This document shows positions 1 to 12,313 of a stretch of 38,627 nt of DNA, one piece after another (position 1 is the first letter of the stretch; every line of letters begins with the position of its first letter). Both the position numbers and the translations under genes were made by a program. Origin of the DNA: Octopus bimaculoides (taxonomy: Eukaryota); NCBI RefSeq assembly GCF_001194135.2, contig NC_068995.1, positions 55,840,522 to 55,879,148 of the forward strand, in the 5' to 3' direction. The notes below the pieces were generated by a model. The model was not told the DNA's origin, did no database searches, and saw only the letters and a list, made by a program, of their open reading frames with translations.

Positions 1-1102
1 TATATATATATATATATATATATTTGCGCATGCACGAATATGAACCTTTAAATGACGTTGAAAAATGGTGGATGAAACAGGATAAGCCGGATATAAGGAG
101 AAATGTGTTACTGTTGGTAAACTAAATCAACCAAAATAAACATGTCATGCTGCCGTATACAAATTTCGGTCCTTGATTTTATTAGTGGATATCAATGGAT
201 GTCAGATTCATATATATATATATATGTTTTCTTGAAGACACATCAAGTCAGCGTTGAATCAACGGCACCAAATAGGCGGCGCCAAACGGCTGTGCCTAAA
301 ATATCTTATACCTCTATATTTGTAAAGAGAAAGTATCTACAATAGGTCGACTGACGTGACCCTAGTATGTAACCGGTACGTATTTTATCGAATCCAGGAA
401 GATTAGCAAGAAAATACACTTTACGAGGGATTTCAACCCAGAACATAGAGAGATGTTACTAAATAGTAAAATGCAAAAAGTCCACAACGTGCAATACCTT
501 AGTTTGCAATGAGGAACAGAAAATTTGTGATGTTTGGGGCAAGGCACACAACGATGACCTCTTTGCCAAACGCTGTTGTTATCTTCCTCCTGGCAAGCCA
601 ATTTATTTCACTTTTAAACTGTATGTATTTACTAATTGCTGACAAATACGGTCACTAGTTTCCGCAGATCGTTCTGTTTCACCGTAATACTATAAGATAT
701 TCTACCCAGCCTCCTATCTTTTCTGCCAGCGTACTTCTGTTTTAAAAAACGATTATCGATTCGTTAATAATATAGAATAGCTATTATATTTCTTGTGTTT
801 CTGTTTATCGTTTGTTATAAAGGTTAGCTTGTCGGTCAGTTGAGGCACAAGGAGGATGATATAATTTGAGATAACAACCTAACTGTTCTTCCGTGATTCA
901 TCTCAATGTAGAAATGTGTGTGTGTGTGTGAGCGTGCGTAGGTTAGGCACTCTTGTCGACTGAATTCTCTAACAACACGTTTTTACAATTACTTATTTGT
1001 ATCGGCTTTCCTGAAAAAGCAGACTTGAGCATAACTTTGTTCTTTGACCCACCCCACGCAACTTTTCTATTCTATACACTTATTGTCTAATGNNNNNNNN
1101 NN

Positions 1103-1137
<35 letters not shown>

Positions 1138-1646
1138 GAAAGATAACATCTCAATTAATCGAAGTTTCCCCAACTTAACACTCTCACGCATTTGAAATAC
1201 TACAGTAAACTACTACACAGCTTAGACAGAAAATGTTAACTTGATCTTCAAGATAATATGTTTTCATTTTTCAAGGTCAACGCCGATCATCTCATGTGTC
1301 AATACGACAGTATTTTTCTTATACTGCAAAACTTTTTCCACCCCACGATCGTATTTTAGCTGCTAGGGTTGTTGTTTCCATAGAATAAGTAATTAAAAAA
1401 CAAAATGTTACTCCCTCCTTCTGGCTGCTAGCACCATGTGGAGGCAGGAACTTTGCCAGACAGATTGCAGATGTCTTAAAATTTATTTACTATAGAATAA
1501 ATGATGGTGTGCTTACGGCTGTGCTATGCTGTATCTTTTTCTGTGTGGTTTATAATTTCACAGACAGCTTCAATTTGCTCTCCATGTAAAAAAGAAAGAA
1601 AGAAAGAAAGAGAGAGAGGGAGAGGGAGGGAGAGAGAGAGAGAGAG

Positions 1647-1681
<35 letters not shown>

Positions 1682-2557
1682 GAATTAACCTCTGTATATT
1701 TACTCTATCAACTCTATCGACCTCTCTTTCAGCACTGATAGTCAGAACTGAAATATCACAAATGTATTTAACATTATCAGTTTCAGGCAGGGAGGGAAAT
1801 TTCAAATGAAGCTGTTTTTCCATTCGATATTTGTAGTATAAATAAATAAAACAAAAATTAAAAATAAACATTAATTAAAATAAATAACAATTGCAGTTTA
1901 GATTTAAGTTACTTATTTTATTTCATTTATTCATTTTTTTCTTAGCAGAAACGGTAAAATGCCATTGTTGTACTTAGTTTTGCCTACGGTTTTAAGTTCA
2001 ACTCTTGCTGGTGTTAACTTTGCTAGTCATCCCTGTGTAGTCGATAAAATAAGATCTTCCTGCCTCCCCGTTCACCATCACTCCCCTAGGAGGGTGTCCC
2101 ATGCTGGACAGGTCAAAGGATAAAGGCCGGACTGTGGGCCACCTCTTCCACCATTGTCTGCAACTTACTTCATGCACTACATTATTCGTCTAATAAGTCG
2201 AAGATTATAATAAAGATAACCGTGGGTGTTTGCTCATTGCATGACTATCTTTACGACTTTATACGAATGTGTTTCAGGTTTGTCTATCAAGCCTGAAGCT
2301 GGTTTGGATGCATAGATCTACATACATATCTGTCTATATGCATACATATATGTTTGCGTATATACACATACATATGCACACATATGTGCATATGTAAATT
2401 ATATCTGGGTAAAAATAGTTCTGTATGAACGTATACATACACAAACATACGGACACCTACAAATACACACATCATACACATAGCTATATATACACACATA
2501 AACATATATAAATAGATTCTTACATAATGCATGAGAAATCTCCAACGCGCATACAAA

Positions 2558-2605
<48 letters not shown>

Positions 2606-3942
2606 TGCACATAATCGCACTGAGATATTCATACATTCTTGCACCAACTTACACAAATATATTTGTGTTGGCTATGAATTGACATTCACATTCTTGACTA
2701 TTAGATTACATATTCTTAGATTTTATTTATTCTCGGGTGGATGTAGGCACATGTTACATACACATCTAATTGTGTAAGCATCTGCGCTATATGTAACATA
2801 ACGAGAAGAGAGGTAAGCTTCCAGTTTGGCGAAGCTACGAAGGCCGTTGTCGATTTTTAGATTGCTATTGAGCTGACGCAGGTATAACTGTGTTGTAAAG
2901 AGGTTTACTCCGCAACTATGCGATTCCGGGTTCAAATGCACTGCTTGGTCGTTCGGTCAAGTATCTTTTTTTGTAGACAAATACTCTGTGGGTGAAAATC
3001 AGTAGAAAAAAATATTGTTTTATATGTGTGTGTGCACATATGTATATTTGTGTATATTATATATATATAAAACAAAAACAAAATGGAACAAGAATGTAAC
3101 AGACAACAAAACATCCGGACAGTTGGACGATACAAAAAAGTTGTTGAATTTAGCAATTTTTGCTCCCGTTTTTTTTATACATTTTCGTTGGGTTTGTTTT
3201 TCTTTCTTAATAATTTTGAATAATTTTCATTTGAAGTCAAAAGTTCATCTTAATACAGGTTAGAGTCGAATAATAAGTCGATTCATCTTAAAATTATGAC
3301 ATCTCAGTTTTAAATAATTGACTTTTAAATGTTCTTGATAAACTCTGATAAGACGCGTCATGTTTTAAGCCAGCCGATAATTTAGCATAGGGGTCCGTTG
3401 TTAAAAGGGAGAAAGGGAGGAGGAGAGACGGAGAGAGAGAGAACCAGACAAGCGGACAAATGCAAACCTGGGAAGCGTTTCTAGGTCAAACTATACATCG
3501 ACATCATACACGTCCTTCTTGTCTTTAAACACAAGACTTACTGTGAAGACGCAAGACCACCGATTCGAAATGGTGTCAGGCGGTTTAAAAATTTTTTTAT
3601 TACTTATGTTCTGAAAAACTCTTCACTTTTTGGTCATATGTTCACAAACGCCTGTGTGAGGATGATTTGTTTTTGTATATGACATGTAAGCATTGTATAT
3701 ATGACGTATGAAATGTATGTGTCCGTAACGTATGTAAAGTTGGGTGTTTGGGCAATGTTTATATACAAGCTTATGTAAACTAATACAGTATTGAATATAC
3801 TGAAGCGGGTTCTGATGGACATTGCGGAGTCGGAATTCATTTCGTCATTTCTCAACATCGGAATATTTCTTAGAAATATACGTAAACGGCTTCATATAAA
3901 TCGTTAGTTTGCACCATCGACAACAAGTTCTAGTAATGAATG

Positions 3943-4097
3943 TCTTTACGTTCTGAGTTCGAATTCTGCCGAGGTCCCCTTTACATTTCATCCTTTCGGG
4001 ATCGATAAATTAAGTACCAGTTGCGTAATGGAGTCAATCTAATCGACTGCTCCACCCCTGCGCAAAAAAAATCGGGTCTTGTGCGTAGAGTAGAAAA
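3943..4097 (+). mobile_element. SINE family A copy (5'-truncated)
   Basis: ctttacgttctgagttcgaattctgccgagg ... ttcatcctttcgggatcgataaattaagtaccagtt. Confidence 0.8.
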
Positions 4098-4108
4098 GTA
4101 TGTATGTA

Positions 4109-4161
<53 letters not shown>

Positions 4162-5575
4162 CGGACTTCCATACAATTTCCGTCTTCCGAATTCTACCGA
4201 AGACTATGGCGGCAGATGATACATGAATGCATGCTTAAAAACGCTGCGCAGTGGAATCGAAACCGGAAACGATATGGTTTCGTTGCGAACTTCTTGAAAG
4301 GGTTAAACCGAAATCTCTCGATTTTTCCTTTTTAATTATCGCAATTAACTCAAACCTAACCCAACCCAACCCATCCCAAAACTCTGCTAACTATTAACAC
4401 CTGAACATTCAACTTGCTTGAAATACCATTTACTCCATCCAGTCATGTAGTCTCACCTGACGAGTAAATAAACAAAAAGCATGTTTCCCCACCGAATAAA
4501 ATCTATGTTTTTTAAATGATCGCATTGGAGAATGGCGTAGCTTCTGCAATCACGACATCTTCGGTTCAGTGAGATACATTTATTCGCCTGTTTATCGGAT
4601 ATAGAAGTAAAGTAACAGAAATTTACTCAGTTGGGAATAATAGAGCGTAGTAAGTAGGTTAGATAAAAAGTGCGGGGGGAAAAAAAAAGAAGAGAGAGAG
4701 AGAGAGANNNNNNNNNNNNNNNNNNNNNNNNNNNNNNNNNNNNNNNNNNNNNNNNNNNNNNNNNNNNNNNNNNNNNNNNNNNNNNNNNNNNNNNNNNNNN
4801 NNNNNNNNNNNNNNNNNNNNNNNNNNNNNNNNNNNNNNNNNNNNNNNNNNNNNNNNNNNNNNNNNNNNNNNNNNNNNNNNNNNNNNNNNNNNNNNNNNNN
4901 NNNNNNNNNNNNNNNNNNNNNNNNNNNNNNNNNNNNNNNNNNNNNNNNNNNNNNNNNNNNNNNNNNNNNNNNNNNNNNNNNNNNNNNNNNNNNNNNNNNN
5001 NNNNNNNNNNNNNNNNNNNNNNNNNNNNNNNNNNNNNNNNNNNNNNNNNNNNNNNNNNNNNNNNNNNNNNNNNNNNNNNNNNNNNNNNNNNNNNNNNNNN
5101 NNNNNNNNNNNNNNNNNNNNNNNNNNNNNNNNNNNNNNNNNNNNNNNNNNNNNNNNNNNNNNNNNNNNNNNNNNNNNNNNNNNNNNNNNNNNNNNNNNNN
5201 NNNNNNNNNNNNNNNNNNNNNNNNNNNNNNNNNNNNNNNNNNNNNNNNNNNNNNNNNNNNNNNNNNNNNNNNNNNNNNNNNNNNNNNNNNNNNNNNNNNN
5301 NNNNNNNNNNNNNNNNNNNNNNNNNNNNNNNNNNNNNNNNNNNNNNNNNNNNNNNNNNNNNNNNNNNNNNNNNNNNNNCACCTGTCCTTCCATCAAAATG
5401 ACGTTGTCTGAACAGGTGCACAGGTGTGTGCCACGCGTCAGGTGTCGAAATCATCTCAGAGCAACGGGAGATGAAGTGTTTGGCTCAAGAACACAACGCA
5501 GTCTACGAATCGAAACCACGATCTTGCAATTGTGAGTGGCAACACTCTAGCCATTACCCATACAACCTCACGCAC

Positions 5576-5612
<37 letters not shown>

Positions 5613-5646
5613 AGTACACATATACATACACAAGCACCCTCAGATA

Positions 5647-5681
<35 letters not shown>

Positions 5682-6864
5682 AACACAGGTATGAGATGGA
5701 ACTAGTGAGAGATAATAATTTATGGCGCCAAGCCATAAATATAGAAATGGGGGATGATATCGTCGATTGAAGCAATTCCCAGGCAGCGCGAAATGGGAAA
5801 ATCGGTAGAGCGCCAGACAGAATTCTGCACTGTATTTGGTTCTGACTTACTGCGCTTTGAGTTCAAATCTCGCCGATATCAACTTTGCCTTTCATCCGTT
5901 CTTCGAAATCGATAAAGAAGAACGAACCCAACGCTGTGGATTGACGGAACTGTAAAAATGTCAGACAGGGTGCCTTGTGGTATTTGTTCCGGTTCTTTAC
6001 GTTCTGACCCAGTCTTAATCGGTCCCGTCGTCCGGTCTGACATGAACCACTTAACACCTGAAGGTCCTTTAGCAGCAAACACTGGAGCCAGGCTTGAGGA
6101 CACCTTCCTTCCTTCCTTCCTTCCTTTCATCTTGATAACGGTAATGATGAGTAAGACGAGGATGGTAAAGGTGATGAAGACGACGACGATGACAATAAAA
6201 ATGATGATGATGACGATGATGATGATGATGGCGGCTGCTGCTGCAGTGGTTGAATGTGGTGGTGGTGATGATAACGATGATAAAAATGACGATGATGTTC
6301 ACGGCTGTGGTAGTAGTGGTGTTGTTGTTGTTGTAGTAGGTGTTTTTGGTGATGACGGTGATGATGATGATGATGATGATAAGAATGAGGACGTTGAGAA
6401 TGATGAAACAGACTGAAGCAACCGCAATTGTAAAGAGCGAGTAAAGAATCTGCTCTTAACCTGCTTTGCTGAATGTTTACCGGAAAATTGGCAAAAAAAT
6501 TTTTTTTTAAATAACTGATTTGCCAAAAATTGAATATCCTGGTTGAAATTTAGGTTAAATCCTTTGCACAAATAAATCCTTAGCTTTAAAGAGATTTCCT
6601 ACGAGTTCTAGAAGCTTCACTTCTTGCCTGAATCATTTGGAAATCGTGAACAAAGTATTCAAGTGCGTTTCATTTCACGATTGTTGTCATTGTTGTTGTT
6701 ATGGTTGTTCTTGTGTACTCAGGTCAGCCTTGATCGAGAATGCTTACGGTCAAAGATATTTTAGCTGCGACTGCATCTGCCTATAAGAGGTGCTTAGTCC
6801 AGCATTGCCGAGGAATTATGTTAATGACCTGAACTCCGAAGTGCGACGAACAATCTGAAAAATC

Positions 6865-6983
6865 CCCAAAATTAAATGAAAAGTGAAGTCGACCTCGGCG
6901 GAATTTGAACTCAGAACGTAAAGACAGACGTAACGCTAAGCATTTTGTCTGGCGTGCTAACGCTTCTGCCAGCTCGCCGCCCT
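6865..6983 (-). mobile_element. SINE family A 5' half
   Basis: gaagtcgacctcggcggaatttgaactcagaacgtaaag ... ttctgccagctcgccgcc. Confidence 0.8.
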
Positions 6984-7013
6984 GAGTTAATTTAATAATT
7001 GAATAATAAATAT

Positions 7014-7084
7014 TTCTGTCGTGTAGGGGATAGCGCGCTAGACTTTCAACCCAGAGATCATAGGTTCGAATCCTACCAGCGATG
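7014..7084 (+). pseudogene. tRNA-like sequence (TTC anticodon loop; tRNA pseudogene or SINE head)
   Basis: Perfect B-box ggttcgaatcc (7063-7073) in a tagg/ccta T-stem and a loop ctttcaa. The anticodon and acceptor stems are mispaired. Confidence 0.4.
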
Positions 7085-8050
7085 CGAATTACTATTTCTG
7101 TTTCATCTAATTCTTTAACTATTTTTGGTCATGCTGCAACACTACTGCACTGCTATACTTTTGCAATGTTCGTTGTATAAATTGAGATCTTTCGAGATTC
7201 AAATTACTGCAACCGCACCACCGACCTGTTTGCTATTTTACCATCAACTCTTTGACTGTTTGTTGGTGTTGCTGTCGTTGTTGTTGCTGTTTTAGCTTTA
7301 GAAATTGTTTTCTTTTGGTATATTGGATTGGTTTACTGTGTTGGTTTTGTTACAATTGACTGGAATCGGTTAACTTTCTATCTAAACTGCTGAACAACCT
7401 GTTGCTGATTGCTCTAGGAAATTCTAGAATGGTAGGAATCGGTCTACTTTTTCTCTTAATTGGTGAACAATCTGCTGCTTATTGTTCGAGGAAATAATTA
7501 CAATTGAATAATTCGCTTATATTCTGTCATGATTGGTAAACTAATGATGATGGTAATCATTGTCATCATCACCATCGTCATCATCTTTGTCGTCGTTGTT
7601 GTCGTCGTTGTCATCATCATCATCACAGTGGGGATGTTATCAAGGGCGGTGTAGTAATGATGACGCTAATGGTGGTGGAAGTGATGGTGGTGATGACGGA
7701 GGAGGAGGAGGAAGAAGATAATTGCTTCTAACACAGGCACGAGATTACCTATGTTTTATTTTATACTGACATAGTGAGCTGGAGGGGGGGGGGATGGAAA
7801 GCAAATATCGTCCTTGATCGGATTGAACTCGGGTCGTAAAGAATCATGAGAAATGCTGGAGCACCGCCTTAATATATTCAATGTAGATTCCATTTGTGTT
7901 TATGGCGTCTTAATTTATGCAACATGTAGTTATTTATTTAAAATCGATTGTATTTGAATTTGTGCTACATGAATTTATTCAACATGTATATTTGAAGTAA
8001 ATTGTATTTTTTAAAGTAAGCTTTTGAAAATATTTTCTGTCTGTTTTCAG

Positions 8051-8199
8051 GTTGTCCCTAACAGTCCAGCCCAAGGAAGACTGCACGGTGGGGATGCGAT
8101 CTTAGCTATCGGCAGCACAAATACGCAGAACCTCACTCACATGCAAGCTCACCAATTAATTAGAAATGCAGGCAACATGCTCCAGTTGACACTCATTAA
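8051..8199 (+). CDS. PDZ-domain protein (PDLIM/Zasp-type PDZ), internal coding exon encoding the C-terminal half of the PDZ domain
   Basis: Acceptor ttttctgtctgttttcag| and donor |gtaagt at 8200. Translates VVPNSPAQGRLHGGDAILAIGSTNTQNLTHMQAHQLIRNAGNMLQLTLI(K), matching the PDZ pattern SPA..G.L..GD.IL.I....T..LTH..A...IR.AG..L.L.L. Not in the ORF track. The upstream exon with the WGF loop was not found in readable sequence. Confidence 0.92.
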
Positions 8200-8804
8200 G
8201 TAAGTAAAGAACGTCTAAGTTTATGTATACAGAAATTAATAGTGGTTAACGTAATTGATTCAGGTTCGCATGGTCGCGGTTTCGATCCCCTGGCTGGATA
8301 CTGCATTGAGCAAAGTACTTTATTCCACCTTCCTCCAGCTCAGTTAGCAGAAAATTAGTACCATTAACAGCTGGGTGGTGGTGGTGGGCGGGCATGGAGA
8401 ATAAAGCCTACAACGAACTGGCAACCCATTGTTATATGAGTCGATTAAACGCGTTGGAAACTGGAACAAGCTCCGTTTTAATGTGCTTTTCTAGATTCTT
8501 GACAAACCTTAATTCTAAAACATCCCTCCATGCCACCCACGCGAGAGCCTCTGCAGGCCAATGCGAGAAAGATCAAAGCCAAGAAAATTATTTGCACTTT
8601 CAAGCAAAAATGTATTCCAGATNNNNNNNNNNNNNNNNNNNNNNNNNNNNNNNNNNNNNNNNNNNNNNNNNNNNNNNNNNNNNNNNNNNNNNNNNNNNNN
8701 NNNNNNNNNNNNNNNNNNNNNNNNNNNNNNNNNNNNNNNNNNNNNNNNNNNNNNNNNNNNNNNNNNNNNNNNNNNNNNNNNNNNNNNNNNNNNNNNNNNN
8801 NNNN

Positions 8805-9085
8805 TCTTGATCTTCTCGCGCTTCATTCTCTCTCTTTCAAACTTTGAACAACCACTGTGCGCTCTTTTCCTCCACCCACTTCGGTCATGTGCCTCCCACT
8901 CCCAATCAACAATTTGAAACTCCTGTCTGTGTCAGGGCAATTCTGAGGCAGTCATTAAACCTTATTTTGGGTGTATGTGCTTGCCTATTACCATCTTCCA
9001 GCTCACCATACAAAAACTGCTTAGGAAGTCTTTCATCATTTATTATCACCAAATCTCCACCCCCACCTGAAACGTCTTTGTAGAA
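8805..9085 (-). mobile_element. RTE-clade LINE relic (3' end of ORF2), degenerate
   Basis: The minus strand reads ILQRRFRWG / GDLVIINDERLPKQFLYGELEDGNRQAHTPKIRFNDCLR (frameshift), followed by W..AHDRSGWRK. This matches the RTE C-terminal RW.GH..R....RLPKQ.LYGEL..G.R....PK.RF.D.L motif. It lies in the PDZ gene intron and probably continues past the gap to about 8400. Confidence 0.75.
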
Positions 9086-9744
9086 TCATCGATTATGTAT
9101 GTATGAATGTACGTATAGTGATAGACACAGTGATTGATATACTCGTAAATGTATGGAAAGAGAAACGGTTATGCTTAATAGAGCATAGATCCAAGCGCGT
9201 GTGCCTGTTATCTGAACAAAAGGTTACAAAGATTCCACACTAACAAACATTTCTGTGTCAGAACAATGGGTTAACAGGTACTTTATATTAAGAGTACATA
9301 TTTCTTTTTCTACAACAGCATCCAACGCAACCAAAGCTCTTTTATCCAATTTACTTATTCCGTATATTTCTTCAGAATGTGTCAAGCGGTAAAAATGAAA
9401 ACAAAAAAGTTATGCAACGCTTAATACATTGAGATTACTTTCATTTTCAGCGTGAGATTCCACGCATTTTGCGGACATAAATGAAATATCGCTTCTATTG
9501 TTAAAGCTTGACTTCTTGTTGAACGGCGGCCAACTCTCTCCTTCAAACATCACACTCTCTTGTATCATAGTAAATAAGAAAACGAATACTGGCGGTGTAG
9601 TTCTATGCTTTGGCCTTAAAAAGACAGGTTGTTCACGGCTGGAATGTCTTTGAGGATATGTTTGCTAGATTAGGGCTCAGGACTGATCTTGGGGTAGTGG
9701 GAAGAGGGATAAACTGCTGTTGCTGTTTGTCCTCCTCCTCCGAC

Positions 9745-9752
9745 TACTACTG

Positions 9753-9784
<32 letters not shown>

Positions 9785-9785
9785 G

Positions 9786-9820
<35 letters not shown>

Positions 9821-9821
9821 G

Positions 9822-9868
<47 letters not shown>

Positions 9869-9874
9869 ACTACT
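9745..9874. repeat. Compound (CTA)n/(CTG)n microsatellite
   Basis: Direct reading of the sequence. Confidence 0.95.
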
Positions 9875-10761
9875 AACTTTGACACCAGGCCAGTAATTTC
9901 AGAGGAGGAGGTAAGTCGATTACATCGACCTAGTACTCAACTGGTACTTACTTTATCGACCTCGAAAGGATGATAAGCAATGTCGACCTCGGCGGAATTT
10001 GAACTCAGGTCTTATATCTATATTAGAAAGGATTATTACTGCACCAACAAAGCTGGGTGAAGTTAGTGCGTCGAACAAAAAATGCTTAGAGGCATTTTCT
10101 TCAAATTTCACCGAGGTCGACTTTGCTTTTCATTCTTTCGAGAGGGACGTCAATAAAATAAGTACCAGTCGAGCACTGGGGGTCGATGTAATGACACCCC
10201 CATTCCCTAAAATTGCTGGCCTCGTGGTTAAAAATTAGAAATAATTATTATTCGTTGAACCAACGGCTAACTTACACTCAGTCAAGCAGTTCGACATAGA
10301 GATCGATAAAATAAACATCAAATTTTAAAATAAGTACTACTAGTTGACATGGACGACTAAAATTCTTCTAAAAGGTACTCCAGAATGGCCGCATTTCACT
10401 AATTGGAACAATTAAAAAGAGAAAAGAAAAACAACTTCTCAGTGATATAAACAGATGTTAATTTATGCAAGGAATAAATGATAGAAAGCACTCGATAATT
10501 CATGTATACACATCGTTACGAATGCATTAATTATTTCTTGATTCCACTTGTTGATAAGTTATGCAAATATTTAGTGATAAAAAATCGTCGATAATTAATG
10601 TGTACACATTGTTGCGAATGTGTTAATTGTTGATATTCATTGATGCGAACTTGTTAGTAATTTTAGAACTGTCGCAAATTGAACGAAACGCTGTTGCTAA
10701 TATTTCAACTGTTAAATTAATGCAAATTTGTTAATGTTCATTTTGGTTTCTCTCTTTGCAG

Positions 10762-10840
10762 ACAAGCTTTCGCTGCACCCTTAGATATCCGTCCCAAAGG
10801 TCCACTGAAGTTCTCACCATGGAAACACCAACAACAGTAA
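10762..10840 (+). CDS. PDZ-domain protein, terminal coding exon
   Basis: Acceptor ttttggtttctctctttgcag|. Its phase fits the phase-2 end of the 8051-8199 exon (aa+a = Lys). Reads (K)QAFAAPLDIRPKGPLKFSPWKHQQQ* with TAA at 10838-10840. Confidence 0.75.
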
Positions 10841-12277
10841 TAACAACAGAAAACAGCAGCAACACCACTAAGAACAACTCTAACAGAATAACAACAACAA
10901 CAACATCAGGAATGGCATTTACATAACTGCAAGACCTACAAAATATGTGTGCGCATGCGTGCGTGCGTGCGTGTGTGTATGTGTGTGGATGGATGTGTTT
11001 GTATGTAAGTATATATGAATGTACGTATGTGTATGTGTGTACGAATGTTAATGTAAAAATTAAGGAATACTTTATAAACAATTGTATATTTAGTAAGACA
11101 AATTACGAAACACACACACCACCACCACCACTATTAATAGTAATAATATAACAATAACAATAACAAAGCAGCAACAACAACAGAGACATTTTGATGATAC
11201 GGACTCTATAACAAATACGTGATAACAGCAATTATAACGACAACAGCAACATCAATAATGATAACAACAACAACAATAGCAACCACAATATTAATTTCTT
11301 TATTGCTCTTTGAGAGTTGGATATAATAATAATAATAACAATAATAGCGATGGTTATTTAATGTCGAAACACGGACATATTCATGCGAAGGTTGTTCAAA
11401 AACGAAGTAAATATATCGAGAAGCAGGAAAAAAGTAACTACGACATGCTTTAGCGCCGTTGAGGTTTTAGAAATAGACAATCAATAACAACAACAACAAT
11501 GATAATAATGTTTTGCTATTTGCCACAAGGGCGATGGACGAAGAGTCATTACTGGAACAAGCTACAAAAATGAAGGAAAAAAACCCCGATTGTAATAGAG
11601 CAACAATGATAAACGGAATCGCCAACTTGATCTTCGTACCATTCGTGTTACCATACATTAAAGGCGATGGTTTGCCTAAATTGGTTGAACGAAGGACAAA
11701 ATATCTTCGCTTTCTTTCGCTTCCTTCAGGAGTCGATGAACTACGCATCGGGGTATCGTTTCACTCGGGTATCGTTTCACTCGGGTATACCATCTTCCAA
11801 AAATAGGTGGCTTTTGGTGGGATAAGAAAAGTCTTTATTATATTGTTGTTGGTGTTGTTGTGGACAGTCTTCAAGATATAAACATAGTGAAAATATCGGG
11901 ACACAATTTTGGTTGAAATTAAATCTCGCTGCCCATTCACAAGCGCACGTACATACACGATATCTCCATGCGCGCACACGCACGCACACACACACACATA
12001 CACACACACGCACACAGGCATACACATGCACACACATTAGTTTCATTTTTAAGTTTTGAAACAGACACTTCAAAGGTACGGGACCTCGAAGTTCGTTTAT
12101 ATCACGTGTCAAAATATATTTAATTCAACAAGTGTTATACGCGTAACTCAAGACACCCGTGTAACTTTTTCAAGTGTTTTCAGCTTCAAAAATTAAAAAA
12201 AATATATTTTACAAAACTTACTGAGCAAATATACATTGTTTTCTTCTCGTTGTAATACTTAAGTTTAAACACACACA

Positions 12278-12313
<36 letters not shown>

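Noticed and set aside
7014-7084. Functional tRNA-Glu(TTC) gene
   Set aside because: Anticodon and acceptor stems are mispaired; kept only as a tRNA-like relic.
7626-7680. QWGCYQG as a possible PDZ first exon (WGF.LQGG)
   Set aside because: Embedded in low-complexity triplet repeats, with no splice donor and poor motif match.
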